Positions 9,909-19,030 of a DNA stretch of 64,000 nt are shown here, piece after piece. Position 1 is the stretch's first letter; each line of letters starts with the position of its first letter. Both the position numbers and the translations under genes were made by a program. The stretch lies in contig JBKEHD010000001.1 of assembly GCA_046710445.1 (NCBI GenBank), forward strand, positions 1,777 through 65,776. Reading direction: 5' to 3'. Below the pieces are notes generated by a model. That model did no database searches. It was not told the origin of the DNA and was given only the letters and a program-made list of their open reading frames with translations. This DNA is from Candidatus Midichloriaceae bacterium. GTDB lineage: Bacteria; Pseudomonadota; Alphaproteobacteria; Rickettsiales; Midichloriaceae.

Positions 9909-11531
9909 ATGCGAGATGATATGAAAAAAGATAAACAAAATGAAAATATTGATATCAAAGATGTTGAGGTAATTTCTGATTCTAAAGATGTTGAGGATCT
10001 ATCTAAAGGCATTAAAGTACAAAAAGATGAGTTTGAGGAAGATTTAAAAGAGCAATATAAAGATTATAAATTAATTGATTTCAAGGCTTTTGGACAATTT
10101 TTGAAAGAAGTTAAGACTTTTTTATTTGGTATTACTTTAGAAAAATCTCATTATGTAGAAAAAAATGAAAAAGAAATCAGAAAGCAGATTAGTTTTCCTA
10201 TAAAATTTGGATTAATGTCAATTTTGATAACTTTGGGATTTTTTGGTGTTTGGAGCTCTTTTGCTCCACTTGATAGTGCATCTATTGCAGAGGGATTTGT
10301 TATGGTAAGTGATCATAGAAAGCAAATTCAACATTTCGAAGGTGGAATTGTTGAAAAAATATATGTCAAAGATGGTGATACTGTAGAGAAGGGACAAGTC
10401 TTGTTGACATTGAACGAATCAAAAACCAAATCTGAATTAGAAAAAACATTATGGCAGCTAAGATATGCTTTAGCTGTAGAAGCTAGATTAACCGAAAGCA
10501 TTAAATTCATAACATTAGTACATTCTGACGATATGGAAAAAGCAAGTAATATGGAACTCTTTTTTGATAATGAGTATTTGGAATCAGATGACGAAAAGAT
10601 ACAAGCACTTAAAACTGCGCAAAAAAATTCCTTTAATATGTTAAAAGCATATATTTTAGGAAGTATGAACACTTATGATGCTCAAGAGCAAGAATTTAAT
10701 TCAGAAATATTATCTACTAACGAAAGAATTAAATCTCAAAAGGAAAATATAAAAACTCTAGAGATAGAATATAAAAAGAAGCAGAAGTTGCTTGAAAAAA
10801 AACTTGATATTTCTCATAGTGTTGCACAAGTAAAGATAGAATTACAGAGATATAAAGGTGAAATCTTGGAGTTAGAAGCAAAAATGTCTGGATACAAACA
10901 TAAGATTGCTGAAGTTAAATCAAGAAAAATAAATTTTGTTGATGAAAGAAATGTAAATTTATCTGAAGAATATAAGAGGAACCATACTGAGTTATTAAAT
11001 TATGAGGCTCAGTATATACAAGTGAAAGATTCTCATGAAAGAAGTGTGATAAAAGCACCTTACGCAGGTGTTATAACTGATTTAAAAGTGCATACGGTTG
11101 GTGGTTCTGTAAGACATGCTGATGTAATCATGGAAATAATTCCTCAAGACGGTGATTTGATAATAGAAGCATTTATTCCATCACATGAAATAGAGAGTAT
11201 CAGTATTGGTAGCAATGTTAGAATTCAGCTTAATGCTTATAAAGCGAGGCTTGTTCCTAGAATTGAGGGTACTGTCACTTATATTTCTGCTGATAAATTT
11301 GATCAACAAGCAGGCCCAGGACAACCTGGTCAGCAGAAATTTGCTCCTGTTGGATACTATAAGGCAAAAATTACAGTGAGTCCTGAAGAGTTGGAAAAAG
11401 TAAATACAATAATCAAATTATATCCTGGAATGCCTGTTACAGCATTTATAGTAAAGGGTACAAGGAGTTTTGCTGAGTATTTATATTCACCAATTAAAGA
11501 TAGTTTCCATAGAGCCTTTAAAGAGCCTTAG
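9909..11531 (+). CDS. HlyD-family type I secretion periplasmic adaptor (membrane fusion protein)
   Basis: Single TM segment (FGLMSILITLGFFGVW), then IQHFEGGIVEKIYVKDGDTVEKGQVLLTL as the lipoyl-like hairpin, a long coiled coil, VIKAPYAGVITDL and a PGMPVTAFI C-terminus. It sits immediately downstream of the ABC gene. Confidence 0.88.
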   Translation: MRDDMKKDKQNENIDIKDVEVISDSKDVEDLSKGIKVQKDEFEEDLKEQYKDYKLIDFKAFGQFLKEVKTFLFGITLEKSHYVEKNEKEIRKQISFPIKFGLMSILITLGFFGVWSSFAPLDSASIAEGFVMVSDHRKQIQHFEGGIVEKIYVKDGDTVEKGQVLLTLNESKTKSELEKTLWQLRYALAVEARLTESIKFITLVHSDDMEKASNMELFFDNEYLESDDEKIQALKTAQKNSFNMLKAYILGSMNTYDAQEQEFNSEILSTNERIKSQKENIKTLEIEYKKKQKLLEKKLDISHSVAQVKIELQRYKGEILELEAKMSGYKHKIAEVKSRKINFVDERNVNLSEEYKRNHTELLNYEAQYIQVKDSHERSVIKAPYAGVITDLKVHTVGGSVRHADVIMEIIPQDGDLIIEAFIPSHEIESISIGSNVRIQLNAYKARLVPRIEGTVTYISADKFDQQAGPGQPGQQKFAPVGYYKAKITVSPEELEKVNTIIKLYPGMPVTAFIVKGTRSFAEYLYSPIKDSFHRAFKEP

Positions 11532-11614
11532 GAGAGGATATTTAAATAAATATGCTTTTATCTATAATTTTACTATAGACATAAAGGTTGTAATATTGTA
11601 AAAAATTAATATAC

Positions 11615-11691
11615 GGGACTTTAGCTCAGTTGGTTAGAGCACGCCGCTCATAACGGTGCGGTCGTAGGTTCGAGTCCTACAAGTCCCACCA
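11615..11691 (+). tRNA. tRNA with CAT anticodon (elongator Met or lysidine-type Ile2; not initiator)
   Basis: Hand-folded cloverleaf. Acceptor is GGGACTT/AAGTCCC and the D arm is GCTC-AGTTGGTTA-GAGC. The anticodon arm is CGCCG-CTCATAA-CGGTG and the T arm is GTAGG-TTCGAGT-CCTAC. CCA is encoded. Position 1:72 is paired, which argues against an initiator. Confidence 0.9.
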
Positions 11692-11791
11692 TCTTTTTTA
11701 TACCAAGAAGTATTTTATAATAATAGTGTTAAAATTTTAAGAAATTTTGTTAGATAAATTTTTTAGTATTGAGATATTGTATCTTTTGATT

Positions 11792-12163
11792 TTAACTTTG
11801 TGATATTTTATTTAATACTTTTTCCATATTAATTTGTTCATCCCTATATTTATCTTCAACAAATCTTATTTCAGGCGAATATTTGAGAGATGTACTTTTG
11901 CTAACTATTCTTCTGAATTCTGAAGATGAATGATTTAGTATTTCAAATAATTTTGTATTATCAGTAGTATTCTTTGATAAGCATAAAAATACTGTAGCAA
12001 TTTTAAGATCTGGACTTATTTTTACATCTGATACAGTTATAATAGAAGAATCTATGGATGGGTGAACATCACCCCTTATAAATATCACAGAAATTTCTTG
12101 CCTGATTAATTGAGCTACTTTTAATTGACGATTTGTTGGTTCTTTTCTATATCTATATGTCAT
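11792..12163 (-). CDS. rbfA: ribosome-binding factor A
   Basis: RQLKVAQLIRQEISVIF, ITVSDVKISPDLKIATVF and SPEIRFVEDK are characteristic of RbfA. Size (123 aa) fits. Confidence 0.85.
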   Translation of the reverse strand: MTYRYRKEPTNRQLKVAQLIRQEISVIFIRGDVHPSIDSSIITVSDVKISPDLKIATVFLCLSKNTTDNTKLFEILNHSSSEFRRIVSKSTSLKYSPEIRFVEDKYRDEQINMEKVLNKISQS

Positions 12164-12171
12164 ATCTTATT

Positions 12172-12504
12172 TTAAGTATTTATCGAAAAAGATTCACCGC
12201 ACCCACATTTTGATGATGTGTTTGGATTGATAATATAAAAATGAGCATTACCTAATTCATTTTTATATTCAAGCTTCGATCCAATTAAATATTTAAGTGA
12301 AATCTCATCTATGCTAACAATAGCAGAATTCTTCTGAAATAATACATCAGTTTTCTTTTTATCTTGTGTAAATTGAAATTGGTACCTCAATCCATTGCAC
12401 CCGCCCCCATCCACACTAATCTTTAGCATTTCATTGGAATTAGATGATTTGTTGATATCATTTATTCTAAGTGCAGCTGCATTAGAAATAATAAACTCTT
12501 GCAT
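12172..12504 (-). CDS. erpA: iron-sulfur cluster insertion protein (HesB/IscA/ErpA family)
   Basis: GGGCNGLRYQF and the C-terminal CGCGESF are the three-cysteine signature of A-type carriers. Size is 110 aa. Confidence 0.85.
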   Translation of the reverse strand: MQEFIISNAAALRINDINKSSNSNEMLKISVDGGGCNGLRYQFQFTQDKKKTDVLFQKNSAIVSIDEISLKYLIGSKLEYKNELGNAHFYIINPNTSSKCGCGESFSINT

Positions 12505-12584
12505 TGGTATTTATTTTGAAAATTCCAAAAGGGTATTCTAAAACAAATACCAACGCTATTCAAGAATTTAGTATTAAGTTGTAT

Positions 12585-13937
12585 TTAATGGCTGAAACAT
12601 TGCTCTTTTGTATTATCTAGAAATTCTCCATTTTTTTTACAATATTCTACAGCTTTATCTATATCAGCTAAAAGTAGATCAGCCATTTCATAACTAAAGC
12701 CTTCTCTTACCACTATTCTCATTATAGCTATATCAGTAAGATTTTCGGGCAAAGTATATGCTGGTACTTGCCATCCAGTATAATTTAATCGCTCTGACAA
12801 TAAAAAAAGGTTAAATTTAATTCCCTCTTTTGCTTTCCAGGAAACAACAGGTATGTCATCACCTTTATGTATGATATCAAATAAATTATGTTTTTTTAAT
12901 CCGTCTGAAATATAGTGCGCTATATCTTTTGACTCTTCATGAATTTTTTTATAACCATCAAAGCCCAGTCTTAAAAAATTGTAATATTGTCCGATTACTT
13001 GGCTTGCAGATCTTGAGAAATTTAAAGTAAATGTAGGCATTTCACCACCCAAATAATTTACGTTAAATACCAGTTCTTTTGGAAGATCGTCCTTATGTTT
13101 CCAAATTGCCCAACCTACACCTGGATAAACTAAACCAAATTTATGTCCAGATGCATTGATGGATTTCACCCATTTTAAACGGAAATCCCATTTCAAATTT
13201 GGTTGAATGAATGGAGCAACGAATCCTCCACTTGCTGCATCCACATGTATTGGCACCTCTAATCCTGTTCTTTTATTAAACTTATCTACTTCATCATTTA
13301 ATTTTTCTATATTTTCATATTCACCAGTGAAAGTACTTCCCAAAATTCCAACAATTCCTATTGTATTTTCATCGCATAAATCGACTGCTTTTTTAGGATC
13401 GATAATGTATCTACCTTTTTCTAAAGGAACTTGTCTTTCTTCCACATCCCAATAATTACAAAATTTTTCCCAGCATATTTGTGTATTTATCCCTGTTACT
13501 AAGTTGGGTTTGAAATCTTTATTCTTTCTTTTTAGTTGTAAAGATCTTTTCATAGCTAATCCTGCTAACATACAAGCTTCACTAGAGCCAGTTGTTGAAC
13601 AGCCAATGGTATCTGTTATATCTGGTACATTCCATAAATCAGCAATGATATTTACACATCTATCTTCTATATCGGCTGTTTGTGGATATTCATCTTTATC
13701 AATCATATTTTTATTTGCAACTTTTGCCATTAGCTTGGATGCCTCAGGCTCCATCCAAGTGGTAACAAATGTTGCTAAATTTTGTTTAGCATTTCCATCC
13801 AAAATCAATTGATCTTGAATTAAATTATATACTGTGGATGCTGGTAATCCTGTATTTAATAATTTATTTTTGTGTATTTTTTCATTAATTTCTCTATTAG
13901 CGTAGGAGCTTTTTAGGTGTTCTTTTGATTTTGTCAT
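12585..13937 (-). CDS. gadB: glutamate decarboxylase (PLP-dependent, GadA/GadB type)
   Basis: LDGNAKQNLATFVTTWMEP, NMIDKDEYPQTADIEDRCVNIIADLW and the PLP-lysine block SINASGHKFGLVYPGVGW run parallel to E. coli GadB. The C-terminus ends in CFSH. Confidence 0.85.
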   Translation of the reverse strand: MTKSKEHLKSSYANREINEKIHKNKLLNTGLPASTVYNLIQDQLILDGNAKQNLATFVTTWMEPEASKLMAKVANKNMIDKDEYPQTADIEDRCVNIIADLWNVPDITDTIGCSTTGSSEACMLAGLAMKRSLQLKRKNKDFKPNLVTGINTQICWEKFCNYWDVEERQVPLEKGRYIIDPKKAVDLCDENTIGIVGILGSTFTGEYENIEKLNDEVDKFNKRTGLEVPIHVDAASGGFVAPFIQPNLKWDFRLKWVKSINASGHKFGLVYPGVGWAIWKHKDDLPKELVFNVNYLGGEMPTFTLNFSRSASQVIGQYYNFLRLGFDGYKKIHEESKDIAHYISDGLKKHNLFDIIHKGDDIPVVSWKAKEGIKFNLFLLSERLNYTGWQVPAYTLPENLTDIAIMRIVVREGFSYEMADLLLADIDKAVEYCKKNGEFLDNTKEQCFSH

Positions 13938-14054
13938 TTTTTCTGATATTTAAGTATTATATATTAAGTATTATGATTTTATTGTATTGAATCAATTGTT
14001 TTTATGATAAAAAAGTTGTTATTAGAAGCAGATACAGTATATATTTTGTTTCTT

Positions 14055-14131
14055 GTTTCCGTAGCTCAGTAGGATAGAGCGTTGGATTCCTAATCCAAAG
14101 GCCACAGGTTCGAATCCTGTCGGAAACACCA
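14055..14131 (+). tRNA. tRNA-Arg (CCT)
   Basis: Hand-folded cloverleaf. Acceptor is GTTTCCG/CGGAAAC and the D arm is GCTC-AGTAGGATA-GAGC. The anticodon arm is TTGGA-TTCCTAA-TCCAA and the T arm is ACAGG-TTCGAAT-CCTGT. CCA is encoded. Confidence 0.92.
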
Positions 14132-14154
14132 TATATTAATTTTTAAAGGGAATA

Positions 14155-15243
14155 ATGATTCCATCTCAGACTTATTTTAGAATTAGTGTAATTGACTTCA
14201 CAAAAGTGTTATCTGCGATATTTTTTATAATATTTTTTATAATATTGCTTTTTGACACTTTAGAATTGATTCGAAGCACATCTAAATATTCCTTTCAATT
14301 TAGGATGATAGTTAAGCTCGCTTTGATGAAAAATTACGGTAGTTTAGAAAAAATAATTCCAATTATCGCATTAATATCCTCTGCTTTGTATTTTTATATA
14401 AAAAACAAATCAAATGAAATTATGACTGCAAAAAGTTATGGTTTATCAAATGCTAATATTATTGCCCCAGTCATTTTTGTTATAGTAATATTTGGAATTC
14501 TAAATATTACAGTATTTAATCCAGTTGGAAAAATGTTGTTAAAAAAATATCAAAATTATGAAGCTCAAAACTTTAAAAAGCAAAGTAGCTTAGTTTCAGT
14601 ATCGAAAAATGGTATATGGTTGAAAAATAAATTAGACGACAAAGACGTTATTATTAGTGCATTAAGGGTGTCAGAAGCGTATAAAACCTTATATGATACA
14701 AATGTATTCTTTTTTGATAAAGATTTTCAGTTCAGAGAAAGGATGATTGCAAAATCTATTGTTTTTAAAAAAGAAGAGCTCATATTACGGGATGTGATAT
14801 CAATAAATTCTAAGTTTCAAATAAAAAATATCGACAAAGTTATATTGCCAATTAAGATTTCTATGTCCCAGATATTCGGAAATCTTACGTCTATTGAGGG
14901 CATATCTTTTTTTCAATTATTGGAATTCATTAAATTGACCGAGGATTCTGGGGTATCTGCTACACGTTATAAACTGTATTTTTTCAAAGAACTTTTTTCT
15001 CCTTTTTTTATTATGGGGATGGTTTTTATTAGTTACTTTTTTTGTTCTAAATTGGGAGAAAAAAAGAAATTTGATGTATCTATATTTTATTCGATATTAG
15101 TTGGTTTTAGCATATATTTCTTTGCAAATTTTATGCATGCTATTGGAGAATCTGGAAAAATATCAATAATTCTTTCAGTTATATTTCCCATAATAGTTTC
15201 GAATTTAGTACCGATATATTTGATTATTAATAAAAACAATTAA
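14155..15243 (+). CDS. lptG: LPS export ABC transporter permease, LptF/LptG family
   Basis: Three N-terminal TMs, a central periplasmic beta-jellyroll-like segment (GIWLKN ... VIISA) and three C-terminal TMs. Size is 362 aa. The assignment to LptG rather than LptF is tentative. Confidence 0.7.
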   Translation: MIPSQTYFRISVIDFTKVLSAIFFIIFFIILLFDTLELIRSTSKYSFQFRMIVKLALMKNYGSLEKIIPIIALISSALYFYIKNKSNEIMTAKSYGLSNANIIAPVIFVIVIFGILNITVFNPVGKMLLKKYQNYEAQNFKKQSSLVSVSKNGIWLKNKLDDKDVIISALRVSEAYKTLYDTNVFFFDKDFQFRERMIAKSIVFKKEELILRDVISINSKFQIKNIDKVILPIKISMSQIFGNLTSIEGISFFQLLEFIKLTEDSGVSATRYKLYFFKELFSPFFIMGMVFISYFFCSKLGEKKKFDVSIFYSILVGFSIYFFANFMHAIGESGKISIILSVIFPIIVSNLVPIYLIINKNN

Positions 15244-16598
15244 CTTGTTAAATAGAGAGGGTACTCTTCCATAGTTTTTTGATAAGTATCAACTTCCTCA
15301 AATTCCCTTGTGATATTGTATTCAATATTATACACATTAATCTCTACAAACTTCCCTGCTTCAAAATCAAGTTTGCACTTCTCCATATCTTCCTCAGCTC
15401 GTTGTCGCATTTCTTCTAGAAATTCTGGATCTTTAAGAAGCTCTTCTATAGTCCAATAATATTCATTAAATTCAGCTGTAGTATTTTCAGTTATATTACT
15501 TTTTTTGATAACCTTTTTTTTAATATTCTCTTTAGTCTCAATATTAGTGTTTTTTAATTTTCCAAAATGTAATACATCATTATCAATTTGTGAATTATGC
15601 GTTATAAAGTTGCATTGATGCTTCATATTCTCATAAAATTTTATATGTGTACTATCATTTTTTATAAAATCATAATCCATGTAGTAGTCGTATTTGATCA
15701 TTGATTTTAATCCACAATATTCGTGATCACTCAAGGCTTGGTGCTCATTCTTCATTATATAATTCTTGGCATAAACAATATTTTTCATAAATTCGAATTT
15801 TGAATATAAAATGGAATCTTGAACAAGCATCTTTTTCCACACCTCTATTGTCTTGCTAGTATAAAATTTTTTTGTTGAATGTAGATCTGCAGATGTTATA
15901 AATATTTTCCATATTTCATTTGTTGAATGTAAAAAAATAAAGCCCAGATTTTGATAGATTTTGGTTACACTCTTCAAATATTTCAACATGGTGTAAATCA
16001 TCATATCAGACCTATGATTAAGAGAATAAAGAATTCCAAGCTCTACTCCCTCTTGACTGCAGTATGGGAGTATTTTATTATAAAAATTCGTACCATTTTT
16101 CTTTATTGTTATAATAAAATTGGTATTAGAAATCTCATAATTGGAGTGATCTTTAAGATTGTTTTCGTTTATGTGTGATGATAGCTTAAACACACAATCC
16201 ATTGTGTTTGTAGTGTAAGTTTTTTTCTTATCAATGATTTTATAAATTTTCTTAATATCCTCATGTCGTGTAACTCTGAGCAATAAATCATCTAAAAGAG
16301 CTTCGTCCCACTCTATTTGGTCTAATGATTCAGAAAAAAAAGGATCTTCTATTTTACAAAATGCTATATTTATCAGTTCATCTAGCAAAAAATTATTTAT
16401 ATCGCTATAGTTTCGGATTATTGTGTGATTATTTTCTTGTGATTTGGAATTACATAACAAATCAATGAACAAATTATTCACTTCATTGATGGCAGCTTCA
16501 AGTATAGCTTTGCTACAATGATTATTGTATAAAAAAAATCTGACGCCATCAAGTGAACCGTTTCTTATCGTATCTATTAGTGTTTTAAATTTACTCAT
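15240..16598 (-). CDS. hypothetical protein, 452 aa, soluble, no recognisable family
   Basis: Long open frame in AT-rich DNA with no TM segment or signal peptide. One ankyrin-like turn sits at the N-terminus (IRNGSLDGVRFFL). The C-terminal ~70 aa are acidic. Confidence 0.55.
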   Translation of the reverse strand: MSKFKTLIDTIRNGSLDGVRFFLYNNHCSKAILEAAINEVNNLFIDLLCNSKSQENNHTIIRNYSDINNFLLDELINIAFCKIEDPFFSESLDQIEWDEALLDDLLLRVTRHEDIKKIYKIIDKKKTYTTNTMDCVFKLSSHINENNLKDHSNYEISNTNFIITIKKNGTNFYNKILPYCSQEGVELGILYSLNHRSDMMIYTMLKYLKSVTKIYQNLGFIFLHSTNEIWKIFITSADLHSTKKFYTSKTIEVWKKMLVQDSILYSKFEFMKNIVYAKNYIMKNEHQALSDHEYCGLKSMIKYDYYMDYDFIKNDSTHIKFYENMKHQCNFITHNSQIDNDVLHFGKLKNTNIETKENIKKKVIKKSNITENTTAEFNEYYWTIEELLKDPEFLEEMRQRAEEDMEKCKLDFEAGKFVEINVYNIEYNITREFEEVDTYQKTMEEYPLYLTS

Positions 16599-16725
16599 AT
16601 ATTATACAATTCATTCTACCTGGCTATACCTATATGATACAACTGCGTAATATTCAAAGTATTATAACAATTCTATAAGTTTTTGCAACTTGTAGTGCAA
16701 ATCATCCCTACCTTTCATTGTAAAA

Positions 16726-17676
16726 CTATCTAAGTTCAGTGGGAATATTAAATTTCACCTTTTCTATTATTCCATCTAGATTTTTTATTTTTATTTTTCT
16801 GTATTTTTTGATCTCATTTATGATGTTAGTGATCAAGATTTCTGGAGCAGAAGCTCCGGCGGTAATTCCTAATTTTGTTGCAGATAATAACGAATCTAAA
16901 GGTATCTCACTTTCATCATCAAATAAGTAAGTGTTGGGGCATTGAATCGTTGAAATATCTTTTAATCTATTGGAATTAGAACTATTTTTTGAACCGATGA
17001 CAAATACCACATCGGAAATAGCGGAAAGCTTTTTTACAGCATCTTGTCTGTTTTGTGTTGCGAAACAAATATTTTTTGTATCTGGACCTTTGATATGTTC
17101 ATATTTATCTTTAAGCTTTTTTATTATTAATTTTGTATCGTCAACACTAAGTGTGGTTTGTGTTACATATGCTATTTTGGTATCTTTTGTATACGGGATC
17201 TTGTCTATATCTTCTTCTTTTTCTACTATAAATACCGTTTGGTTTAATCTACCTTTTGTACCATCTATTTCAGGATGGTTTTTATGACCTATTAAAATTA
17301 CTTTATACCCGTCATTTTCAAAATTTTTCGCTTGTATATGTACTTTTTTCACTAAAGGACATGTTGCGTCAATAATATGCAATTGCTTTAAAGAGGAATC
17401 ATTTTCTACTTTTTTACTTACTCCATGGGCCGAAAATATTGTTATAGCGTTAATCGGAACATCTTCTATATCTTCTACAAAGATTGCCCCTTTTTTCTTT
17501 AAGTCTTCTACAACATATTTATTATGCACAATTTCATGCTTAACATAAACGGGAGCTCCATGTTTTTGTAGAGCAAGTTCTACGATAGAGACAGCTCTCT
17601 CCACCCCTGCACAAAAACCCCTAGGATTTGCTAAGTATATTTCTAAAAATTCATTTTGAGAGCTAGAATTTATCAT
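16726..17676 (-). CDS. ispH: 4-hydroxy-3-methylbut-2-enyl diphosphate reductase
   Basis: PRGFCAGVERAV, VHNKYVV, ATCPLVKKVH and ICFATQNRQ carry the three cluster cysteines of IspH/LytB. Confidence 0.92.
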   Translation of the reverse strand: MINSSSQNEFLEIYLANPRGFCAGVERAVSIVELALQKHGAPVYVKHEIVHNKYVVEDLKKKGAIFVEDIEDVPINAITIFSAHGVSKKVENDSSLKQLHIIDATCPLVKKVHIQAKNFENDGYKVILIGHKNHPEIDGTKGRLNQTVFIVEKEEDIDKIPYTKDTKIAYVTQTTLSVDDTKLIIKKLKDKYEHIKGPDTKNICFATQNRQDAVKKLSAISDVVFVIGSKNSSNSNRLKDISTIQCPNTYLFDDESEIPLDSLLSATKLGITAGASAPEILITNIINEIKKYRKIKIKNLDGIIEKVKFNIPTELR

Positions 17677-17745
17677 GATTTCCGTATTGAAAATTAAGAA
17701 TATTAATGTAAAATTACCATTTGTAATATTATATTCAAGTATTTA

Positions 17746-18177
17746 ATGATTCAATGCACTAAAATTTTAAAATTCGAAGCAGCACACAGGATTATAGGTC
17801 ATCAAGGAAAGTGCAAAATGCTACATGGACATAGTTATGTTATTGAACTGAGTTTTGAATCTGAAGAATTAGATGAGTTAGGGATGGTGGTGGATTTTAG
17901 CATTATCAAGAAAAAATTAAAAAGTTGGATTGATAAAAATTGGGATCATAATGTAATTCTTAACATTGAAGATAAAGTGTTGGGTGGTTATATCAAAGAA
18001 TGTTTGGATCAGGAAATATATTATATGAATGGTAATCCTACAGCGGAAAATATGGCATCTCATTTGTTATACGAAATAGTACCTGTAATATTTCAGGATC
18101 AGCATATAAAATGTACACAAGTTATATTACGTGAAACACAAAGTTGTTATGTGAAAATTAATTTATCTGATAAATAA
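17746..18177 (+). CDS. queD: 6-carboxytetrahydropterin synthase / 6-pyruvoyl-tetrahydropterin synthase family
   Basis: FEAAHRI and CKMLHGHSYVIEL (Cys plus His-Gly-His zinc site) indicate the PTPS/QueD fold. Size is 143 aa. Confidence 0.8.
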   Translation: MIQCTKILKFEAAHRIIGHQGKCKMLHGHSYVIELSFESEELDELGMVVDFSIIKKKLKSWIDKNWDHNVILNIEDKVLGGYIKECLDQEIYYMNGNPTAENMASHLLYEIVPVIFQDQHIKCTQVILRETQSCYVKINLSDK

Positions 18178-18248
18178 CTGTTAGTGTTGTTGCGAAATAA
18201 ATATAATAGTGATAAATTATCATAAAAACATGCTTTTATATCAAGAGA

Positions 18249-19028
18249 ATGGTTGAATTTGCGTTACCTAAAAATTCTAAGGTGAAAAAAGGAAAAGATC
18301 ATCATTATTATTCTAAATCTGGAAAAGTGAAGTGTTTCAGCATATATAGGTATGATCCAGATTCTGCAACAAATCCAAGAATAGACAAATTTCACATAGA
18401 CCTAAACAAATGTGGGCCTATGGTTTTGGATGCTCTGATCAAGATAAAAAATGAAATTGATAGTACTGTTACATTCAGAAGATCTTGTCGTGAGGGTATT
18501 TGTGGAAGTTGTGCGATGAATATAGATGGCACAAATACTTTAGCATGCTTGAAACCGATAGAGGATGTGAAGGGTGATATAAAAATATACCCTCTGCCGC
18601 ATATGGAGGTTGTTAAAGATCTTGTCCCAGATATGAATCATTTTTATGATCAATTGAAATCTGTAAAACCTTGGTTGCAAGCAGATAAATTGAAGCATAA
18701 TACTAAAGAGAGATTACAGAGTGTTGAAGAGAGAGAGAAGTTAGATGGGTTATATGAGTGTATATTATGTGCTTGTTGCTCTACAAGTTGCCCTAGTTAT
18801 TGGTGGAATAGCGACAAATATTTAGGCCCTGCAATTTTACTTCAGGCATATAGATGGCTTGTAGATAGTCGTGATAAAAAAGCACAAGAAAGGTTAGACG
18901 AGCTTGAGGATGAGTTTAAATTATATAGATGTCACACCATTATGAATTGTACAACATCATGTCCTAAAGGTTTGAATCCTGCAAAAGCTATTAGTAATAT
19001 AAAAAATATGATGGTTACAAGATCTTAG
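18249..19028 (+). CDS. sdhB: succinate dehydrogenase iron-sulfur subunit
   Basis: [15 protein letters not shown] (2Fe-2S), [16 protein letters not shown] (4Fe-4S) and [17 protein letters not shown] (3Fe-4S). Confidence 0.95.
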   Translation: MVEFALPKNSKVKKGKDHHYYSKSGKVKCFSIYRYDPDSATNPRIDKFHIDLNKCGPMVLDALIKIKNEIDSTVTFRRSCREGICGSCAMNIDGTNTLACLKPIEDVKGDIKIYPLPHMEVVKDLVPDMNHFYDQLKSVKPWLQADKLKHNTKERLQSVEEREKLDGLYECILCACCSTSCPSYWWNSDKYLGPAILLQAYRWLVDSRDKKAQERLDELEDEFKLYRCHTIMNCTTSCPKGLNPAKAISNIKNMMVTRS

Positions 19029-19030
19029 TT

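Noticed and set aside
11615-11691. The possibility that the CAT tRNA is the initiator tRNA-fMet.
   Set aside because: Position 1:72 is a normal G-C pair rather than the initiator mismatch, and the anticodon stem lacks the three consecutive G-C pairs next to the loop. Elongator Met versus Ile2(lysidine) cannot be resolved from sequence alone.
16655-16700. A short TTGCA/TGCAA hairpin downstream of ispH, considered as a terminator.
   Set aside because: It is only a 5-bp stem without a following U-run on the relevant strand, so it is too weak to report.
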